DNA of 64,000 nucleotides from Limnothrix sp. BL-A-16 (GTDB lineage Bacteria; Cyanobacteriota; Cyanobacteriia; CACIAM-69d): NCBI GenBank assembly GCA_041937175.2, contig CP166615.1, positions 4,448,001 to 4,512,000 of the forward strand, read 5' to 3'. Shown piece by piece: positions 58,789 to 64,000 of this stretch (position 1 is its first letter; each line of letters starts with the position of its first letter). The notes under the pieces were generated by a model. It saw only the letters and a program-made list of their open reading frames with translations, ran no database searches and was not told where the DNA came from. The position numbers and the translations under genes were made by a program.

Positions 58789-59505
58789 ATGTTGAAGGTT
58801 TCGGGCTTAAATGTTTATTACGGCGAAAGTCATATTCTGCGCGATGTGGATATGACTGTTCGCGAAGGGGAAATGACTTGCTTAATTGGTCGAAATGGGG
58901 TCGGAAAAACGACGCTCCTGAAAACTATTGTGGGCCTGCTGCCACCTCGTAGCGGGGCGATCGCCCTGGCCGATTCCCCGATCGCCCATTTGTCTCCCGA
59001 TCGCCGGGCTAAGTTGGGCATTGGCTATGTGCCCCAAGGTCGCGATATCATTCCCCGGCTGACGGTGCGAGAAAACCTACTGTTGGGTTTGGAAGCTTGC
59101 CGAGGAACCGATCGCGCCGGAGCCAATGCGAAGGATTTGACGATTCCCGAAGAAATTTTTGACCTCTTCCCGGTGTTGAAAACCATGCTGAATCGGATGG
59201 GGGGCGACCTGTCCGGGGGACAACAACAGCAACTGGCGATCGGGCGGGCTTTGATGGGCAAACCGAAGCTTTTGGTGTTGGATGAACCCACGGAAGGGAT
59301 TCAACCCTCGATCGTGTTGCAGATTGAAGAAGCGGTGCAACATATTATTCGATCGACCGGGATTGCGGTGTTGTTGGTGGAACAGCACTTGCACTTTGTG
59401 CGCAAGGCGAATCACTACTACGCCATGCAAAAGGGTTCAATGGTGGCCTCTGGCAACACGAGCGAACTCAGCAATGAAACGATTCAACAATTCCTGGCGG
59501 TTTAG
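58789..59505 (+). CDS. urtE: Urea ABC transporter ATPase
   Basis: GRNGVGKTT, YVPQGR, LSGGQQQQL, DEPTEGIQP. Confidence 0.95.
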   Translation: MLKVSGLNVYYGESHILRDVDMTVREGEMTCLIGRNGVGKTTLLKTIVGLLPPRSGAIALADSPIAHLSPDRRAKLGIGYVPQGRDIIPRLTVRENLLLGLEACRGTDRAGANAKDLTIPEEIFDLFPVLKTMLNRMGGDLSGGQQQQLAIGRALMGKPKLLVLDEPTEGIQPSIVLQIEEAVQHIIRSTGIAVLLVEQHLHFVRKANHYYAMQKGSMVASGNTSELSNETIQQFLAV

Positions 59506-59659
59506 GGAATTGGCTTAGGGCGTGAACGCCGGTTTTCGCCAGTCCCATTGCGTTCTCATGGCGGGGACTTCCCTCAACTTTCCAAAATCTTGCTCCCGAT
59601 CGCGATCGCATTCAATTGAAGCGGTAGGATCGGGAGGTTTTGAGTTGAGGAACCTTCCC

Positions 59660-60295
59660 GTGGCCTTGGTGCGTGTTCGTGAGCATGTTAATCCCCTCAG
59701 TCGCCATTATGATCGGGCGATCGAACCCCCCAATTGGTCGCAACTGTTTCACCAACTCGATCGACCCCTTCATCTCGATATCGGCTGTGCCAAGGGGCAT
59801 TTCATCTTAGCCATGGGGGCCCAAGAGCCAACCTGGAACTTTTTGGGCCTCGAAATTCGTGAACCCTTGGTGCATCAAGCCAACCGCTGGGCCGAAGAGC
59901 GCGGCCTTGAGAACGTGCGGTATTTGCCTTGCAATGCCAATCGATCAATCCGCCCGCTGTTGGCATCCTTACCCCCAGGAATCGTGCAGCGGGTAACGAT
60001 TCAATTTCCCGATCCTTGGTTCAAAAAACGCCACCAAAAGCGCCGGGTTGTGCAACCCAGCTTGGTCAAGGATTTGGCGGAGTTTTTACCCGTGGGAGCG
60101 CAGGTTTTTGTGCAATCAGACATCGAAGAAGTGGCGATCGAAATGCGCGATCGCTTCTGCGAACATGCGGCTTTTCGGCTCACCCATGCCCTGCCTTGGT
60201 TGGTGCAAAACCCGTTACCGATCCCCACCGAACGGGAAAAATCAGTTTTGGATCAAGGCTTACCGGTTTATCGGGCCTTGTTCGATCGCATTTGA
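59660..60295 (+). CDS. trmB: tRNA (guanine46-N7)-methyltransferase
   Basis: RVREHVNPL, LDIGCAKG, GLEIR, QFPDPWFKKRH.KRR; GAGGAA RBS before GTG. Confidence 0.95.
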   Translation: MALVRVREHVNPLSRHYDRAIEPPNWSQLFHQLDRPLHLDIGCAKGHFILAMGAQEPTWNFLGLEIREPLVHQANRWAEERGLENVRYLPCNANRSIRPLLASLPPGIVQRVTIQFPDPWFKKRHQKRRVVQPSLVKDLAEFLPVGAQVFVQSDIEEVAIEMRDRFCEHAAFRLTHALPWLVQNPLPIPTEREKSVLDQGLPVYRALFDRI

Positions 60296-60375
60296 TGACG
60301 AAATCTAGCAATCCACTGAATCAATCGAATTGATTTCACCGAATTAATTCCATCTAATCAATTCCACCGAATCAA

Positions 60376-60405
60376 TAGGGGCAGGTTCCCAGAACCTACC
60401 CCTAC
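60376..60405. repeat. GTAG-type REP-like hairpin between convergent trmB and fabF (may act as terminator)
   Basis: TAGGGGCAGGTTC-CCA-GAACCTACCCCTAC. Confidence 0.6.
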
Positions 60406-60479
60406 GGATTGCGCCGAATGCAGCGCCAAATTAAGTTTGAACTCCCTTGCAGTCCAGTCGATCGCGATGCTAGAAAATC

Positions 60480-61790
60480 CTAGCCGCGATATTTACGGAA
60501 GGCGAGCGTCACATTGTGGCCGCCAAACCCAAAGGAATTCGACAGGGCCACTTCCACCGGCATTTCCCGGGCTTCATTGGGCACATAGTCCAAATCACAA
60601 GCCGGATCGGGATCTTCCAGGTTAATGGTCGGTGGCACCTTGTCATGGACGATCGCCATTACCGTCGCCACCGCTTCAATGCCACCGGAACCACCCAAGA
60701 GGTGTCCAGTCATGGACTTGGTGGAGCTAATGGCCACCTTGGGAGCCACGTCCTCCCCCAAAGCCGCTTTGATGGCCGCTGTTTCAGTGGAATCGTTGGC
60801 GGGGGTGCTGGTGCCGTGGGCGTTGATGTAGTTCACTTGGTTGGGAGTGATGCCTGCATCCTTCATGGCCAAGCGAATGGCTCGGGCTGCTCCTTCCCCG
60901 CCGGGAACCGGAGCTGTCATGTGGTATGCATCGCAGGTCATTCCGTAGCCGATGATTTCTGCATAAATCTTGGCTCCCCGGCTGAGGGCGTGATCCAGTT
61001 CTTCGAGCAACAGAATCCCGGCTCCTTCGCCCATGACGAAGCCGTCGCGTCCTTGGTCAAAGGGACGGCTGGCGCGGGTGGGATCGTCGTTGCGGGTGGA
61101 CATGGCCTTCATGGCTGCGAAGCCGGCCATTCCCAGCGGTGTGATGGCTGCTTCTGAGCCGCCGCACACGATCGCCTGGGCATAGCCTCGCTGCACGAGC
61201 CGGAATGCATCTCCGATCGAGTTGGATCCCGCCGCGCAAGCTGTCACCGTGCAAGAGTTTGGCCCCTTGGCCCCCAGTTGGATTGCCGTCAGACCAGCGG
61301 CCATGTTGGCAATCATGGTGGGAATCATGAAGGGGCTGCATCGATCGGGCCCACGATGGAGTAGCACTTCCACCTGGTCTTCGAGAACCTTCAGTCCCCC
61401 AATGCCGGTTCCGATTAACACCCCAACCTGCTCAGCGTTCAGGTCGTTGATCACGAACTGGGCATCTGCAACGGCTTGCTTACTGGCACAAACCGCGATT
61501 TGCGTGAACCGATCCATCCGCTTGGCATCTTTGCGATCGATGTATTGCAGTGGATCAAAGTCCTTCAGTTCGCCGGCAATTCGGCAGTCGTGGCGTGAGG
61601 CATCAAACAGCGTAACCGGCCCAATGCCGTTACGCCCCGCCATTAGCCCATCCCAATATTCACTGAGGGTGTTGCCAATGGGGGTAATTGCGCCCAGACC
61701 GGTGACGACAACGCGCCGACGGGGTTCGTCAGCGGGGGCCGCACCGGCAGCGCTTGCCACAGGGGTGTCAACGCGGTTGGAACTGGTCAT
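60480..61790 (-). CDS. fabF: 3-oxoacyl-ACP synthase II
   Basis: [43 protein letters not shown]. Confidence 0.97.
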   Translation of the reverse strand: MTSSNRVDTPVASAAGAAPADEPRRRVVVTGLGAITPIGNTLSEYWDGLMAGRNGIGPVTLFDASRHDCRIAGELKDFDPLQYIDRKDAKRMDRFTQIAVCASKQAVADAQFVINDLNAEQVGVLIGTGIGGLKVLEDQVEVLLHRGPDRCSPFMIPTMIANMAAGLTAIQLGAKGPNSCTVTACAAGSNSIGDAFRLVQRGYAQAIVCGGSEAAITPLGMAGFAAMKAMSTRNDDPTRASRPFDQGRDGFVMGEGAGILLLEELDHALSRGAKIYAEIIGYGMTCDAYHMTAPVPGGEGAARAIRLAMKDAGITPNQVNYINAHGTSTPANDSTETAAIKAALGEDVAPKVAISSTKSMTGHLLGGSGGIEAVATVMAIVHDKVPPTINLEDPDPACDLDYVPNEAREMPVEVALSNSFGFGGHNVTLAFRKYRG

Positions 61791-61867
61791 GGTGATAACA
61801 GTCTGGAGGTCTGCAAACCCAGCACGAGAGGTCTACGAGCCGTCAGTGGGCGATCGGGCTGCAATAA

Positions 61868-62107
61868 CTAAGATTGTTGAGCAAGAATATAATCAACCGC
61901 TTCTTGCACGGTGGTGATTTTCTCAGCCGCTTCGTCAGGAATTTCGATATCAAATTCTTCTTCGAGGGCCATGACTAACTCAACGGTGTCCAGGGAGTCT
62001 GCACCCAGGTCGTTGCTAAAGCTAGCTGCCGGCACGACTTTCTCAACTTCAACGCTGAGCTGATCGGCTACGATTTTTTTAACTTTTTCGAAAATTTGAT
62101 CCTGCAT
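61868..62107 (-). CDS. acpP: Acyl carrier protein
   Basis: [38 protein letters not shown]. Confidence 0.97.
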   Translation of the reverse strand: MQDQIFEKVKKIVADQLSVEVEKVVPAASFSNDLGADSLDTVELVMALEEEFDIEIPDEAAEKITTVQEAVDYILAQQS

Positions 62108-62636
62108 GATGACTCCTATTGGACAGCCCCCCAAGCCGCCCAGGTTCTAGTCTGACGGGGTGAGGGTTATCGTCGCACAACGGGGGTGCAATGATCGATC
62201 CGACAACAGATCTGAGCTATTGAAAACTCTAAAAATGCTGCGATCGAGAAGGTGAGCGGGCGGGCCGTGCATCCGGCTCAGTCGGCTTGCGTCTGAATAG
62301 ACCGCAGCAAGGCAGTCGGCTGGCTCGAAGATGACGATAACCAGACCGCGACCAAGGGTCATCGAGACGGGTCACCGATGAGGGCGCATCTAAGCATTCC
62401 TTCATCTTATCGGAAAGCGGCCGTTGCGGGTGAGATTCTACGGGCGATTGCTCCCCACAGCCCAATGCGAGGCGGTGGGCGGCCTGGGTTGACTTGGCGG
62501 GGCAGGAGTTCTGGAGCGGGATCAAGGCGCAGATACTGAAACCAAGCGACTGGCTCAGAATGGAACAGAATCCAAAAGATTTGCCCAAAATCCCAGTCGC
62601 GCCCTTTAAACTCAGAACCATCAACGCCATGACAGC

Positions 62637-62726
62637 GCCATGACTTAGTTGCCACGATTCGGTTGCCACGATTCGGTTGCCATGCCTTAGTTGCCACGAT
62701 TCGGTTGCCACGATTCGGTTGCCACG
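62637..62726. repeat. 14-bp tandem repeat x6, organised as two 42-bp higher-order units
   Basis: GCCATGACTTAGTT-GCCACGATTCGGTT-GCCACGATTCGGTT-GCCATGCCTTAGTT-GCCACGATTCGGTT-GCCACGATTCGGTT-GCCACG. Confidence 0.85.
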
Positions 62727-62822
62727 TATCGATGGCTCATGATTCGGCAGTAGACATGATCGGCAATGACCACGATTGGCAATGAATGGGCGCTTGATTA
62801 ACCCTTGGGAGTAATTTGAACG

Positions 62823-63806
62823 ATGGTTGTTGCCCAAAGTGGAACACCGACGACATCGCGATCGACCGGTTCTTTTCCCGATCGCCAGCCGCTACAGGGT
62901 CGATCGGGCAAGCTGAAATACGCCTATTACCCGGGCTGTGTGGCCAAGGGGGCCTGCGGCGAGCTGCACCAATCCACCACCGCGATCGCCCGTGTTTTGG
63001 GCATTGAGTTGGTAGAGTTGACGGCGGCCGCCTGTTGTGGGTCAGGCACGTTTAAAGAAGAATCCCAACTGCTCGAAGATACGGTCAACGCCCGCAACAT
63101 TGCCCTGGCCGAGGCCTTGGACTTACCGATGCTGACCCATTGCAGCACCTGCCAAGGGGTGATTGGCCATGTGGATGAGCGACTCAAAACCGCCCGCGAT
63201 CGACAACCGGACTATTTCCAGCAGGTGAATGGCCTGCTGTCGGATCAGGGCTGCTTGCCCTACCGAGGTTCCACGGAGGTGAAGCATTTGCTCTGGGCCC
63301 TGGTGGCCGATTACGGCATTGAGGCGATCGCCCAGCGCGTGACCCGCCGCCTGGCCGGCCTCAACTGTGCCGCCTTTTATGGTTGTTATCTGCTGCGGGC
63401 CCAGTCGTTTAATCGTTACGACAACGCCGACAACCCCCGATCGATGGAGCAAATTTTTGCGGCCCTGGGCGCAGGGGCGATCGACTACCGTGGGCGCACC
63501 CAATGCTGCGGTTGGCCCCTGGCCAGCTATGCCACCGATGCGTCCTTCCAGTTGGCGGGAACCCACCTTGCAGAGGCGATCGCCGCAGGAGCTGATTGCC
63601 TGGTCACGCCCTGTCCCCTGTGTCATCTCAACCTCGATTCCCGACAACCGGAAGTGGCAAAAGTGACCGGGCGATCGCTCAACATCCCCGTGCTGCATCT
63701 GCCGCAACTAATTGGCCTGGCATTGGGTCTGGCCCCGCGCGATTTGGGCCTCGATCGCCACATTGTTTCCACGCGCCCAATGCTCCAAAAGCTGGGTCTG
63801 GCTTAG
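62823..63806 (+). CDS. Heterodisulfide reductase subunit B-like (CCG-domain) protein
   Basis: YYPGC, ACCGSG, CSTC, FYGC, QCCG and PCPLC CCG motifs; divergent from acpP. Confidence 0.9.
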   Translation: MVVAQSGTPTTSRSTGSFPDRQPLQGRSGKLKYAYYPGCVAKGACGELHQSTTAIARVLGIELVELTAAACCGSGTFKEESQLLEDTVNARNIALAEALDLPMLTHCSTCQGVIGHVDERLKTARDRQPDYFQQVNGLLSDQGCLPYRGSTEVKHLLWALVADYGIEAIAQRVTRRLAGLNCAAFYGCYLLRAQSFNRYDNADNPRSMEQIFAALGAGAIDYRGRTQCCGWPLASYATDASFQLAGTHLAEAIAAGADCLVTPCPLCHLNLDSRQPEVAKVTGRSLNIPVLHLPQLIGLALGLAPRDLGLDRHIVSTRPMLQKLGLA

Positions 63807-64000
63807 GCATCAGCCCCCTGAGACGGGCGATCGACCCCGGCGGGAACCGCCCCCCAAACGACCCACAATGACCGGCCCCCGCCGTCAAGCTTGGTTTACT
63901 AACTTTAAATTTTTGCAACCTTCAAGGAAGCCACCAAAACTCGCAAGATACACTGAACGGTGATTTCAACGGATTCTCGGCACGATCGCCGTTTACTTCA

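Noticed and set aside
60480..62107. fabF/acpP as the beta-branching cassette of the PKS
   Set aside because: Canonical housekeeping FAS II pair with intact catalytic Cys, ~48 kb from the PKS; the PKS ACPs lack the GxDSxxxxxW beta-branching motif.
62637..62726. Possible CRISPR array
   Set aside because: The units are contiguous 14-mers with no unique spacers, and there are no cas genes.

Overview
Cyanobacterial chromosomal window: HIP1 GCGATCGC is very abundant, and it carries ycf29, Uma2, DUF3285, an SLH-porin and NtcA boxes. From left to right: (1) the 3' ~12.6 kb of a giant AT-less (trans-AT) polyketide synthase, [KR]-cMT-ACP-KS-KR-ACP-KS-KR-ACP-KS-ACP-TE, followed by three FkbM-family methyltransferases; (2) a 5'-truncated cbiT remnant split by a 173-bp MITE that recurs as an identical inverted copy at 43.8 kb; (3) core genes (SWIM, Uma2, TrmH-family, ybeY, dgkA, M50 protease, murQ, rsmE, glmS), an AT-richer histidine kinase pair and ycf29; (4) an ~8.5-kb metal island between an epimerase and hemE, encoding a ferritin-like protein, FeoA, a split FeoB, an HMA2-like membrane protein, a Cys-less P1B-type ATPase (DFVTGIR/HN motifs) and two small hydrophobic DUF5132-like proteins, which together resemble a ferrosome (fez) iron-organelle cluster; (5) hemE, a GAF kinase, a SagB-type oxidoreductase, a porin divergent from the NtcA-controlled urtABCDE operon, trmB, fabF-acpP and an HdrB-like gene. 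The best candidates for undescribed systems are the ferrosome-like island and the orphan trans-AT PKS/FkbM pathway. All calls come from reading motifs by eye; no database searches were run.
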